The notes under the pieces are model-generated. The model saw only the letters and a list, made by a program, of their open reading frames with translations, ran no database searches and was not told the origin of the DNA. This document shows, piece by piece, positions 23,432-36,967 of a DNA stretch of 64,000 bases (positions are counted from its first letter, which is position 1; every line of letters starts with the position of its first letter). A program made the translations under genes and the position numbers. The stretch is from the human T2T-CHM13v2.0 reference genome, Homo sapiens: assembly GCF_009914755.1 (NCBI RefSeq), contig NC_060937.1. One strand, 5' to 3'.

Positions 23432-26354
23432 GCTGGTGACCTTGCCTCTTAGGCCATTGAGAAGATAGAAGCCAACAGAATGAAGTTTATTTGCTTTTTC
23501 CTAACCAAATCTGTAAATGCATCTACATCATTCTCCCCTTTTATTACAATAGGGAAAATATCCCTCCTCTTCCTCTTCCTTCTCTTCCTTCTCCTCCCCC
23601 TTCTATTGCCCTTCCTCTTCCTCCTATCAAAGCCAGTTCTTTTATTTTCCACTGGATTCTATTCCTGATTTTCTGCCTTCTGTGGGACTTCCTTCTCTAA
23701 CTCGTTTCTTCTCTTTGCATCATTCATCTCTTCCTTATTACCAGATCAGTGTTTAAAAATAAACCTCAAATAGTTGACCTCATATTCCTCCCTTATATCT
23801 GCTCCATTCCTATTTTCTTAGTGATCACTGTCTTTAAAAAATTGTCTACGTGTGCTGTCTCTAATGCTTTACCTCTAATCTTGTTTTTAACCCCAACACT
23901 CAGTTGAAACTGTTCTCATCAAGGTCATGAATGAGCTTTGTATGGGTTAATTCGGTGGACACATCTTTGTCCTTATTGGTCTTAAGCTTTACTCAGTGCT
24001 GGGTTTAGTTGACCACTTCCTTCTTGAAACATTCTGCATTTTGCTTTTTAAACTCCAGACCCTCTTGTTTTTCTTCATATCTCACTCGATGACTTTTCAT
24101 TGTTCTGCCTCAAAATGTTGGTGTTTCTGTCAGCTAAACCTGGGCCTTGGTTTTTAACTCCTCCTACCCCTGTACCTTCTCTCTGATAGATCTTATTCTC
24201 TACCTGTGAATCTCCAGTTGCCATCTTGACATCTTCAGTTAATTATCTTATGAGCTTCTCAAACTTAACATGTCCAAAGTGGCACCTTGAATTCCATCCT
24301 CCAAACCTGTTCCTCTCTCAGTCTTCCTTATCTCAGTAAAGACTACTATCATCTATCTAGTTGTTTAGGAAAGAACTCTGGGGGGTCATCCTTGCTTGTC
24401 CCTTTTACCTCTCACATGCAATTTGTCACCAAAATCTATGGCTTTGCCCTTCTATATATCTCAAAACTGTCTGTCATAGTACAGGCCCATGTCTACCATC
24501 AACATCCTAAGCCAAGCCACATCATCCCTTACTTGAACTAACTCTCCCTGCACCCAGTCTTGCCACTTTTCATCCATTGGTCAGCCAAAGTGCTTTCTTT
24601 TTTGAAGGCAAATCCAATTTCGCCTGTTAGATTAACTATAGGCTCTTTATGATGGCCGACAAGGCTCTTTTGTTGTCATCCCAGTCTGATTCTGTGCCTG
24701 TCTGTCTTTTGCAAATGCGACCTCATTCTTAGGTTTTAGATTAAATGCAGTTAATTCAGAGAGGCATTCCTCAAGCTCGTAATTAAAATGAATTCTTTCT
24801 TCGTCATTATTCTCTAGCACAGTACCATTTTAATTTTAGTTTTCTTTACAAGACTCATGGCTTAGGATTATGCATATTTGTGTGTTTATTGTATGTTTCC
24901 TCTGCAAGGCTGGAAGCCCCAAGAAGTCAGGTTGTTGTCCCCTCCGATCACTGTTTTACCCCAGTACCCAGCACAGTGCTTGTGCATAGTCGATAGCGTG
25001 CTTTCAATATATTTGTGAAACAAATGAATAGACAAATATTTGCCAAGTGTTTATTCTACTTGGTGCCTACGTGAAGAGAAAGGGTAAAAATGATCCAGGT
25101 TGTAAGATGATTATCTTGTGCCTGGGTGACACAGCATAAGTGGTAAGGGTTGGCAGTGCAACACGGGGAAACAAAATAAACAGCAAGATTTAGACCTTGA
25201 AAAATGACAAAATGATTGTATCTTCTCACGGATGGGGAAGTAGGGCAATGATATGGACTGAGGAAGGAATACTCAGAGTTCTGTATTCTGTTCCTTATAT
25301 GGGAGACCTTATCCTTACAAAATCTCTTCAGGCAACCTGACTCAAAAATTGCATTCATGCAATGACTCAGAATGGAATACAGAACAGAAACCACAAAGCA
25401 ATTAAAGTTGAGAAAGTTTGGGCACCTTTCAGGTCATTAATATCTATATACGCCCAGCGAATGTGTACCACGGAAATAGTTCATATGAAGGTTAATTATT
25501 TACATGACAGATGCTTATTGATTATCTAAGAATTCCCTGAATGATTGTCTTATGCCTTAGAGTATTAATATGAAAGGCATCCCTTCATCTGGCTCTATAA
25601 ATGAAATCAATCATTTAGCAGCAGTTGCCTTATCACATTGCACTACTTTATATGAAAGATGCTATCCATAAAAGCAATTATAACGGGTGGTTTAATAAGG
25701 CAAACAGTGTTGGTGAATACAATTCAACTGTATTCTAAGCAAATACAATGCTTTTTGCAAGGCATTCATTTGTTTTATTAAAGCCAATTACACATTTGTT
25801 TTTGCTAATTTTTACTGTACAAAAGAAATTTGAAATACTTAATAGTCAATTACTGTGAGCATGCAGATAAAAATAATGAATATTATCACACAAAGAGTTT
25901 ATATATAAAAGGCAAGGCAGACACAAATACAGTATATGGAAATTTGTCAGAAATTAATAACTTCTATTTTAAGCCTCTTTGGAGCATCTGGGGGAAGGAA
26001 ATCCTTTAAATCAATGAAATTCCTACCTGAATCCATGTAGGTGACTGATGTGTTTCTATCTAAGTGGAATACTGGTAAAAGCTACAGTCAGTGTCCACTC
26101 AAGAGAGCTGGCTTTTTCCTTAATAGCATCTTTAATGCAATAGAAAAGCAAACTCTTGGTGGTTAGATCTCTATGTTTAGTCACTTTGGAATCTTTGATG
26201 CTTTTATAAGTCATTGGAAATGAAACACTAAATTTGCCTTCAAGTGATAATGGAGAGTTGTGTATTTCAAGCAAATTTGGGGTCAGGGAGTGGTGAATAT
26301 ACTGATAATAAAATTTTAGTTATGAATTAATAAGAAAACTTTTTAACTTGCCAA

Positions 26355-27150
26355 CTATTCGTTTATGTAGCACTTACAGCATTTCAGGTTCAGTACTAGG
26401 CATACAAAAGCAAGATAAGATCCTAGCAGTATAAATTTGATAGTCACAAAGTGAAATGAGACATTAGACAGGTTGCTCCAGTGACATATTATGTGTGCTG
26501 TGATTGAGAAATTAAAAGCATCAAAGGTTAGGGGAGGGGAGTGGATGGGGAAAGTAAGATGTTGATCAAAGGGTACCAAGTTTCAGTTAGACAAGAGAAA
26601 TAAGCTTTAGTACTCTATTGCTAAGAATGGTGGCTATAATACATAATAATGTATTGTATATATTTTTTAAAAAGTTCCACAGGAACATTCATTTGCTAAG
26701 TTAGGGATGAGGGAAGTCTTCCTGGAGGAAATAAAGTTAAACTAAGCCTTTTATTTAAGTAGGAATTGGGTAAAGAGGATAAAGGAAAGAGCCTGTATGT
26801 AGGTTCTGGAGCCTTTGAAAAATGGAAAAACATCCAGACTGGTGAGAGATTGGAGTGTAGAGAAAAGTGGCAGAGATGGGTCCAGGAGATGAACTAAGAA
26901 GACATTGGCAGTGCCCATGAGCCATGATAAAGGAACTTGTACTTTATCCTAAACCTGGGATGCTATTGGAAATTTTAAGGAGAGTCAGGACATGATCCAG
27001 TTTTATTTTATCCTTTTAACCTTTCTAGCTACAGTGTGGTTATGCATTCCAGGCAAGGTAGTATGGAGGCTTTTTCTTAGGCAAGGCCAGGGGCAGGAAT
27101 AGAGGCAAGTGGACAGATTCAGAAAGTGTTTACGAGTTAGAATGACCAAT
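26355..27150 (-). mobile_element. L2 relic containing an L1MA fragment
   Basis: GAAGTCTTCCTGGAGGAA, ACTTTATCCTAAACCTGGGATGCTATTGGAAATTTTAAG. Confidence 0.65.
26525..26672 (+). mobile_element. L1MA 3' UTR fragment
   Basis: GATGTTGATCAAAGGGTACCAAGTTTCAGTTAGACAAGAGAAATAAG...AATAATGTATTGTATAT. Confidence 0.8.
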
Positions 27151-27162
27151 AGGTTAAGTAGA

Positions 27163-28333
<1,171 letters not shown>

Positions 28334-28344
28334 GGCCGGGCGCA
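28334..28344 (+). mobile_element. 11-bp Alu 5' remnant
   Basis: GGCCGGGCGCA preceded by L1-endonuclease-type site TT/AAAGAAGTGGG; only 11 bp, so the call is contextual. Confidence 0.55.
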
Positions 28345-28878
28345 TAACTAAAACTTTATGCCTGTTGAACAGCAACTCCCATTTCCTCCTTTCAACAGCC
28401 CCTGGCTGCCACCATTCTACCTTCTGTTTTTGAGTCTTTTTTTTTTTCTTTTTTTGAGATAAGATCTCACTCTGTCCCCCAAGGTAGAGTGCAATGGTGC
28501 CACCACCTTGGCTCACTTCAGCCTTGACCTCCCGGGTCCAGGTGATCCTCCTGCCTCAGCCTCCTAGGTAGCTGGGACTACAGGTGCACTCCTGGATAAT
28601 TTTTTGTCTTTTTTATAGAGATGGGGTTTTTGCCATGTTACCCAGGCTGGTCTTGAACCCCTGGGCCCAAGTGATCTGCCCACCTTGACCTCCTAAAGTG
28701 CTGGGATTACAGGCGTGAGCCACTGTGCCCGACCCAAGTCTATTTTAGGTCCTTACATAAGTGGAATCATACAGTATTTGTCCTTCTATGACTAGCCTAT
28801 TTCGCTTAGCATAATATCTTCCAGGTTGATCCATGGTGTGGCATATGAAACGATTTCTTTTCTTTTTTAAGGTTGAAT
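28345..28878 (-). mobile_element. L1MA/MB 3' segment lacking its 3' tip, with an AluJ inside
   Basis: TAACTAAAACTTTATGCCTGTTGAACAGCAACTCCC...ATAAGTGGAATCATACAGTATTTGTCCTTCT...TTTTTAAGGTTGAAT. Confidence 0.85.
28437..28734 (-). mobile_element. AluJ (Jb/Jo)
   Basis: CAGCCTTGACCTCCCGGG, TTTGCCATGTTACCCAGG; dimer structure. Confidence 0.9.
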
Positions 28879-28882
28879 CATG

Positions 28883-29202
28883 AAGATAACGAGTGTTGGT
28901 GAGGTTCTGGAGAAATTGGAACTCTTGTTCCCTGTTGGTGGGAAGGTAAAATGATACAGCTACAATGGAAAACAGTATAGTGATTCCTAAAAGATTTAGA
29001 AATAGAATTACCATAGAATCCAACAGTCTCACCTCTGGATTGCTTCTTTTCAATTCTAAAAAAATTGAAATCACTATCTCCAAAAGATATCGGCACTCCC
29101 ATATTCATTGCAGTATTTTTCACAGTAGCCAAGAGATGGAAAGAACCTGAATGACCATCCACAGATAAATAGATAAAGAAAATGTGGTATACACATACCA
29201 TG
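28883..29202 (+). mobile_element. Inverted upstream segment of the same L1 (ORF2 C-terminal region)
   Basis: ATAACGAGTGTTGGTGAGG...ATGGAAAACAGTAT...ATAAAGAAAATGTGGTATACACATACCATG. Confidence 0.85.
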
Positions 29203-29467
29203 TATGTAATTTTAATTTTTCTTATTTACAAAAAAAGAAACAGTTGAAATTGACTTTAATATATTTTTAACTCAGTACATCCAAAATATTGCCACTTTAA
29301 CATGTGATCGATACAAACAAATTGAGATACTTGATGTTCTGTTTATTTTGCGCTGTCTTCAAAATCCAGTGTGAATTTACACATGTAGTACATCTCAATT
29401 TGGACTAAACACCTTTGAAGTGCTGCGAGTCATGTATAGCTAGTGGCTTCCATATTGGGCAATGCAA
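29203..29467 (+). mobile_element. MER33 (hAT-Charlie) missing about 30-35 bp of its 5' end
   Basis: TATGTAATTTTAATTTTTC...GTCTTCAAAATCCAGTGTG...ACATCTCAATTTGGACTA...GCTAGTGGCTTCCATATTGGGCA. Confidence 0.85.
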
Positions 29468-29514
29468 ATCTATATGGCAAATATTAGTGCTAAAATTTTA
29501 TTTTCATTTGCTAG

Positions 29515-29665
29515 TTGTTTCTTGAGCATTCTTTGTTTTCTTAGCAGACCTTAAGCTTCTTAAGGGCAGGAATCATATTTTTAAACTCCTTTGATACTCT
29601 TAAGGTATTCAGAGTAATGCCCAGCCTAGTAAGATAGCTTGATACATCCCATTTGTTGAATTATT
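29515..29665 (+). mobile_element. L2 3' end
   Basis: AGACCTTAAGCTTCTTAAGGGCAGGAATCATAT...ATTTGTTGAATT. Confidence 0.65.
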
Positions 29666-31472
29666 TTGACTAATGAAACTTTTTGTTAAACCACCTTGAT
29701 AATGCTAGTCTGCTGACTAGTCCTTTGGAAACTGGATTGCTCTTTTTGGAACAACAAAGTTGTCAGAGTTGTAAATAATTGACAAGGCTGCTAATAGCTG
29801 CTGCGTGTGTCATTAGACAATCATTTAAATTCGTGAGCATCCTGGGGGTGGGACTGAGGTGGCTTTTCAGCTGCTTTCAGTCACAACAGCTTTTATTTTA
29901 AGTATGAACATCTTTACATGCAAATTAATAGTTTGGAAGGCATTAGATGCTCTTTAAAAAATTATGAGTTTAAATTTTCCCTGGGGTGCTTCTCAATTGG
30001 TTAATATTATCACACCTATATTTGACTTATCTGACTTACTTATTTTCACTTAGTTTGAAAATAAATTGACTTAGCTGTACTAACTAGTCCCTTAGAAACT
30101 TTTTCTTTTTTGAGGGGGTGGGGTGTGGAAAGGGGGGCTGCCTAGATTCTGGAAATATCTTTATCTCCTTCTGATAAGCCTTTATGCTGGGAGCAGTGGA
30201 CTTCAAGATAAACAAACTAAAAAAGGCCCCCCCGAGAATCTTAATTTGTTCAAATTAAAATGAATGTAGGAAGATAATAAAGCTGTTTTTTAAAAGCTAG
30301 TCTCAACTTTAGCATAGGAGTTTAACCATTCCATTGGGAAAATTACATCACCGTTACATTTAGGATTAATGAAAAAATAGTAATTATTCAAGTTGTAAGA
30401 TTTTTTCTTTTTTTGGCTTCTACCATTGTGAATACAATATGAATTCAATAGTGCAAATTCTTGAACTGCAACTGAGATTAGAAAATCTCACAGGTGTACT
30501 GAATAGGAAAGAAGGTTGACAAAGCGATCACTTTGTTCTAATGACTTTATGCTAAAGTAAACATATCGCATCAAAACCAGTATTATAATTGAAAGTCTTG
30601 TTTGCATTTGCAGACCAGAGTTCTTTTGCATGAAAAGAGAGCTTATTTTTTTCTGTAATTATGACCACTATATTAAATTAATCAAGGAGGTGTGCTAATT
30701 TTCTTCTAATACAATTGATTTTCTGAAAATTAAGGGAATAGAAGATGTCATCATGATGAATCAGAAATGCTTAATCCTATCACAATACAAAGCAAACTGA
30801 GTTGTCATGCATTCCATCTATTTTGCTATTAATCAATGGAAAAAAAATACTGTTTTCTTCACCTAGTTCTAGGTAATTCACAGACGTGAAGAGGATTATC
30901 CAAGCTAGTTTTAAATTTATAACAGAAGAAATAGAACTGAAATTTGACACCTCTGGTGCTAATTATTGAGATATATTCTGCCAGGGATCGAAATCTATGG
31001 GTGGCCTATAACAGAAGTCTGCCAAATATGATGTATTCTGTTCATAGATAATGAAGTGTTGCCAGTTTTCCTCAAGGGAAATTTGAGTGTGTTATATTTT
31101 CTCTCTAAGATAGGTATAGCTGTTTGAAAATAAAATTGTTGTTGCTGCTAATACCTATTAGCTTTAAATGTTATTCACATGCCTGTGCTCAGAAGGCACA
31201 GCATGTACAAAATATTAATTTTAATCTGTTTCAGTTACAGCAAAATTTTACTTCGTAGCCTACTTGGTTGAATGAGATCAGCAACTGTGGCACTCATTTT
31301 GTGTGTCATTACTAAATCATCCCAGATGATTGAAATCAAGTTTCCAGTGTTGCTTTGCAACCAACATATGACACTTGCAAACAATGGGATTATTCTTGAA
31401 CTCTCCTTAGAGCTGGTCCCTCTGTCATCATATTGAGTTTGAAACTTACAATGTACACAAAATTCAGAGAAT

Positions 31473-31594
31473 TGACTTACAGAAGAGTACAAGGGGTAGA
31501 GCATTAAGACTGCAATCTTACAGTCACCAAAAGTGAGTTACAGAAGAGTACAAGGGGTATAGCATTAAGATCACTATCTTACCGTCTTCAATGG
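31473..31594. repeat. 61-bp tandem duplication, 2 copies
   Basis: TTACAGAAGAGTACAAGGGGTA(G/T)AGCATTAAGA at 31477 and 31538. Confidence 0.92.
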
Positions 31595-33499
31595 ATGTAA
31601 CTTAATTATTTTTTCCATCTCAAGTCTTTTGACAATTTAAGGTAATAGCTGTCAATTCAGAGTTTCCTCGGCCCATTCATGGTGTCTACTTTCTCATTGG
31701 TTCCAGCTAATTTCCAGGGACCTTATAGATGTTGAGACCTGAGGGTTCACTCTGGTCCTCTTTCTAGACCCTATTGGTTGCTCCCTACAGATTACTGATG
31801 TCAAGTTATCCTTTTTCCGATGCTAAGGTCTGCAGGGTCCAGACTGCCTTTAGAGCCATTTCTTTATCCATTAGGTACCCTCTGGGCTTGTCTAGGGAAA
31901 CTAGACACCCCATACAAACTATAGTAGTCTCTTGGTAGGAATGGAAAACAGGCTAAGAGGCAGCATATTTTTTCCCATGAAATCTACTGCTCATGCTAGG
32001 TTTTTGGGTTTTTAGATGCAAAAGTCAAAAATTTGCTTATTTGGGTCTACTCTGAAATAGAAGCCCCCAAGTGCCTACCTGTTTCCTAGATTTTGAGAAT
32101 GTGGGAATAGGGGAACATCCTGGGATAATAGGGAATATAGAGGGGGAAACTACATGAGTTAATATGTTAAATTATTATTTTCTGCAAGTGTAAACAAACC
32201 GAATAGAGTTTTGGAAATGTTAAAAAAAGATTAGGGTTAGTCAGTCTGAGTAACAGAAAGCTAGCTAAAATATTAATGAAATATATTCTTTATTAGATTA
32301 AATAATATGTATGTAGATACATGAGTGGCTGTTTTGTTGTGGCTTGTAGTGACCTATTAGTTTCTCTCTCTCAGAGGAGAGCCATATCTGTAAAAACCAG
32401 ATTTAGTCCAGTACTTTAACAATTAGAAAACAGAGATCCATAGCATGAAGACACACAGCCAGTGTAGCCAACCAGGCCTTGAAACGAGATTCTCTTACTT
32501 AGAATTCTTTGCCCATTTCCTCCCTCCCTGCCCAAGACTGAAATTATTTTGCAATAGAAGAAAATTAGGTTAGCTATCAAGGTGAACTTTTTGATGCTAA
32601 TAGGTTGAAACATTGAAATACATTATCGAGGACATTTGCAGTGGTTATTTTAAAAAATGGTTAGGCAGCTACCTTTTCACTCTGGTCTGGGGACAGTCCT
32701 GTAGAATCAGGGCTTACTGAAGTTGATTTCTTTACCCTGGTTTTTAGATTACATGATTTTAAGGCAGATACTTCAAAAAAGGTTTACAAATATAGACTTG
32801 ATTGAAATATTTGCCAGAGAAACTGCCCTGGTAGCTTCTCTAAATTCCAGAAATACAGTGTTTGTTTCCTTTTTTGTGTGTGTGGAGGTAACATCAATCT
32901 GCCCTTTCAAGCAAATGTAAGGATTTTTCAAGATGTTTAAAAACAGGAGAGTGAAATTGTCTTCAGATCCCTAGAGAAGATCGGATTGCATAGAACTTTA
33001 GCTTCTTCCCCACGATGGAATGGATTTCCATCAGGAGAGGATTTATAACTTTATGGGCCAGGTAGTGTAAAAGATGTGACAGGCTTCAAAAATAAGTTTT
33101 CAGTGGGACTATTTCTTGAGAATGGTAATTGATTTTGCTTAGTATCTGCTGCTAAAAACAAACCTGGAAGACTGTGTTGCATTAAATTAAAAAAAATAGA
33201 GGAAAGTATTCACATTCTTGTGAGGATGTGTAGAGATTTAGATAGATTTTAGAGAGATTATTTTGTATTTTATTACACCCTGGGCTGAGAGAGCTACATT
33301 GTGGAAAGCAAATCAGACATTTCCTTTCCCTCTGGTAATATTTAAAATCTTAACTTTCAAGAGAAATCTCTCAGAATAACTTTCCTCTCCCATCCTGGAC
33401 CCCAGAACACCTCTCCAGTCCTTGGACCCTTTCCTCTTGGTGGCAACGTGTCTATTGAACAGGTAATTGGTAGGGGAAATTCTTGTTTTAATACAGCCC

Positions 33500-33878
33500 T
33501 GATATGATTTTACTCTGTGTCCCTACCCAAGTCTCATCTCAAATTGTAATCCCCATAATCCCCACGTGTCAAGGGAGGGACCTTGTGGGAGGTGATTGGA
33601 TCGTGGGGGTGGTTTCCCTTATGCTGTTCTCATGATAGTGAATGAGTTCTCATGAGATCTGCTGGTTTTATAAGTGGCAAGTTCCTCTTTGCACATTCTT
33701 CTCTCTTGCCACCATGTGAAAAAGGCCCTTGCTTCCTCTTTGCCTTCCACCAAATGATTGTAAGTTTCCTGAGGCCTCCCTCAGCCATGTGGAACTGTGA
33801 GTCAATTAAGCTTCTTTCCTTTATAAATTACCCAGTTTTGGGTATTTCTTTAGAGTAGGGTGAAAATGAACCAATACA
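33500..33878 (+). mobile_element. THE1D solo LTR
   Basis: TGATATG...AATTGTAATCCCCATAATCCCCACGTGTC...TAAGTTTCCTGAGGCCTCCC...AATACA; perfect TSD AGCCC. Confidence 0.92.
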
Positions 33879-35149
33879 AGCCCCTTCCTTCCTTTCTCTC
33901 TCTCTGGCTTCCTCTCTTCTTTCCTCCTTCCCTTCCTTTTTGTAGTGGATGGCTTTGAACTGGCAAATCAGCATGACAGTGTAACAGAGCCTACTTTTAA
34001 TGTGGCTCTTTTTTGTTAACCTGGAAACCTAATGTACATACTGCATACAACAGGTTCATACTTCAGCATACTCAGTTAATGTGAGGGTCATTTTAAATTT
34101 TATGTAATCTTAAGGTTATAGGGATAGGGTTAGTTGCCTTTCCAGTATACCTTCTCACTTGGGTGTCAACTCTATAACAGTAATCCCTTAGACACAGAAT
34201 TCAAAATTTGGATTCAATTCAGAATTAATATAAGACAAGTTAAGATAATCATCTTATAAATCAGACTTACTTATAGTCTGTTTTCCTTTTAAAGTATACA
34301 GTGTCTTTCAGTTTGTAAACTCTCATTATTCAAATACTTGCCCTAAAGATTTGCAGACATTTTAACCCTAAACTCACTGAATCAAACTCTCGCCATAATT
34401 AATATACATGCCTGTACCAACAAAAACCTTTTATTGTTGTACAGATCAGACAAGACTATGTAGTGTGACTGGGCTGCAGCCTTAAGCCCTCGGCTCAGGT
34501 TGTTTTAAAGTGTTTGCATAGCTTCTGTGACCTCCCCCATCCTTTTCCCAGAGGGTTTGGCCTTTCCTGAGTCTCAGTTCACTTCTGCCAAGAGCCTGGG
34601 AGCACTTCTAACTAGTGTCTAATTTAAATAGGATCTTTAGTATCTCTTACATATTATGTTGTTGTTTATTTAAATTACAGTGCATAATTCCTTGCACATA
34701 TAAAAGGAAAATGTAATTTCTATTTGATACTATAAGGAAGGTTTCTTTGTGTACTGCATACAAACATACTCTCCAAACAGTTCATTATGTGTTAAAGAAT
34801 TAGGTAATTGATATTTCAAACAACTTAATTTATATAAATCAGAAATCCTTGCTGGATTTGGATGGCTATGCAGGTGTTTACAGTGATTTTATTCATATTT
34901 GAGGACATTGGACAGGTATTTGGATGAGTTGGGAACATATTAATTTTCCCAATTAAAATTATATATGATAAGCTCCTACCACCTGAAAACTGCTATTCAA
35001 AGTATTTTTTAAATTTAATTCAGATGAGGAATGCCTGTTATTTCTATTCTAAGCAAGCACATATACAATTTATATAGTAGCCTGTGCTAGTCAAGTTATC
35101 TCAAAATCTTGTGCATGACAAATTTTCACATCTGCCATCTAGTGTAATT

Positions 35150-35480
35150 GATGTGGCCACCTTTTCTGTCACCCAGTAGGTTTATAACCTTTCATGGATT
35201 TCTTGACAGTTCTCTCCATTGCTGGTGCCATTTCCTCCTCCTGTCTTCTGAAAGGTCATTGTCCTCTGGTCTTCTCTTTCCTCTCTTCCCTGAAGACGAT
35301 TTTTATTCTCATTCATCTAATACCAGCCTTTGGGGAGACAAAGCTGAGTTCTTTATCTCAAACCCTGTTCTCTTTCATATCCTCCTGTTTCCCATTTTCA
35401 ACTAGTTGCTTTTCTACATTTGTGTCCCAGTGCTACTTCAAATATAACATAGTAGGGAGGAAATACATTATCTTAACACT
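35150..35480 (+). mobile_element. L2 internal fragment
   Basis: Pyrimidine-rich, TACTTCAAATATAACAT; diverged. Confidence 0.45.
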
Positions 35481-35896
35481 GGGCCCCAGAAATCCCTCTC
35501 AGGAGGTGGTGGACTTTGCTTAAGATAATGCATTGCTATTTGCTGCTGCAAACTGAAACCTGAGAAAAAAGATTGACAGAAGATAAGGTGTAAAAAGGAA
35601 GCTAAATCACCCTGGATGCATAATGAACAGAGATTTGAGGCTGGAAGGAAAGGAGAGAAATGGAGTAGGAGGTGAGGAGAGGGAAGATAAGAGAAGTGGC
35701 TGAAAAACTGACAGAGAAGTAGAAACAGAGTTGGTAGAAAAGGCCAAAGAACTTTGTAAGGACAGGGTAGTTTGCTAGTCAAAATTAGATTATTTACATT
35801 CTTTGCAGTATGAATGACTTCGTCTCCCCAGTATAATCTGCTACATATACAATAGCTTTCTGTAGGTGAATCTTTTTCATGTCAAAATCTGGAGAT

Positions 35897-36348
35897 AATG
35901 GCAGCATTATTCATAGTTGCAAAGAGGTAGAAATAACCCAAAATGTGATATATACACACAATGGAATATTACTCAGCCTTAAAAAGGAATGAAATTCTGA
36001 TGTATGCTACAACATGATGAACTTTGAGGACATTATGCTATGAAATAAGCCAGATGCAAAATGACAGAAATTTTATTATTCTACTTAGATGAGGTATCTA
36101 AAGAAGTCAAATTCCTAGAGACAAAATGTAGATTAGAGTTTATGAGGGTGTTGCACAGGAACGAGGAGGTGTCATTTAGTGGGTACCAAGTTTAAGTTTG
36201 GGATGATGAAAAGCTGTGGAGAAGAATGACAGCGATGTTTGTACAACAAAGTGAATGATTTAATGCCACTGAACTGTAACACTTAAAAATAGATAAAATG
36301 GTAAACTTTATGTTGTGAATATTTTACCGCAATAAATAATTTAAAAAT
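35897..36348 (+). mobile_element. L1MB 3' end
   Basis: ACAATGGAATATTACTCAGCCTTAAAAAGGAATGAAATTCTG...TAATGCCACTGAACTGTA...TTTTACCGCAATAAA. Confidence 0.88.
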
Positions 36349-36481
36349 TCTATAGATAGAAGCTGTATACCATGTCTGGTATGTTACAGTCTGCACAGGA
36401 TGAAAAGATGATCTGGAAACTGAATTACTTCAGCAGAGGTAGTGTTCTAGGGCAGTGGGAGAACAAACCCCATAAAACCCC

Positions 36482-36920
36482 TGTGGTGGATTGAATGGTG
36501 ATCCCCCAAAGGATATGTTTGTTTTCTAACTGCTGGAACCAGGGAGTGGGACTTTATTTGGAAAAAGGGTCTTTGTAGATGTGTAAGTTAAGAATCTGGA
36601 GATGACATCACCCTGCATTACCTGGTGGGCCTTGGATCCAATGACAAGTGTCCTAGTAAGAGACAGAAGAGAAGACTTGGAGGAGAAGGCTGTGTGAAGA
36701 CATATGCAGAGATTGGAGTGATGCCAAGCAATGCTTGCGGTCAACAGAAGCTGGAAAAGGCAAGCAAGAATTCTCCTCTCAGAGTCTTCAGAATAACAGT
36801 CTCTGTCAGTACCTTGGTTTCACACTTCCAGCTTCCAGAATTGTGACAGAATACATTTCTATTGGTTTAAGCCACCAAGTTTATGGTAATCTGTTACAGA
36901 GGGCCTAGGAATACAATACA
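36482..36920 (+). mobile_element. MLT1C solo LTR
   Basis: TGTGGTGGATTGAATGGTG...TTATTTGGAAAAAGGGTCTTTGTAGATG...TTTAAGCCACCAAGTTTATGGTAAT...AATACA. Confidence 0.88.
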
Positions 36921-36967
36921 TCCTCCAACTTCTCTCCGTTCGGCAAAATATGACTAGATACCGGCAG

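Larger units (their letters stand above)
21830..25032 (+). mobile_element. Long L2 relic interrupted by MLT2A and THE1D
   Basis: Pyrimidine-rich L2 body (GAAACTGTTCTCATCAAGGTCA, GTTGACCACTTCCTTCTTGAAAC, CTCAAACTTAACATGTCCAAA) ending CCAGTACCCAGCACAGTGC...TGAATAG. Confidence 0.8.
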
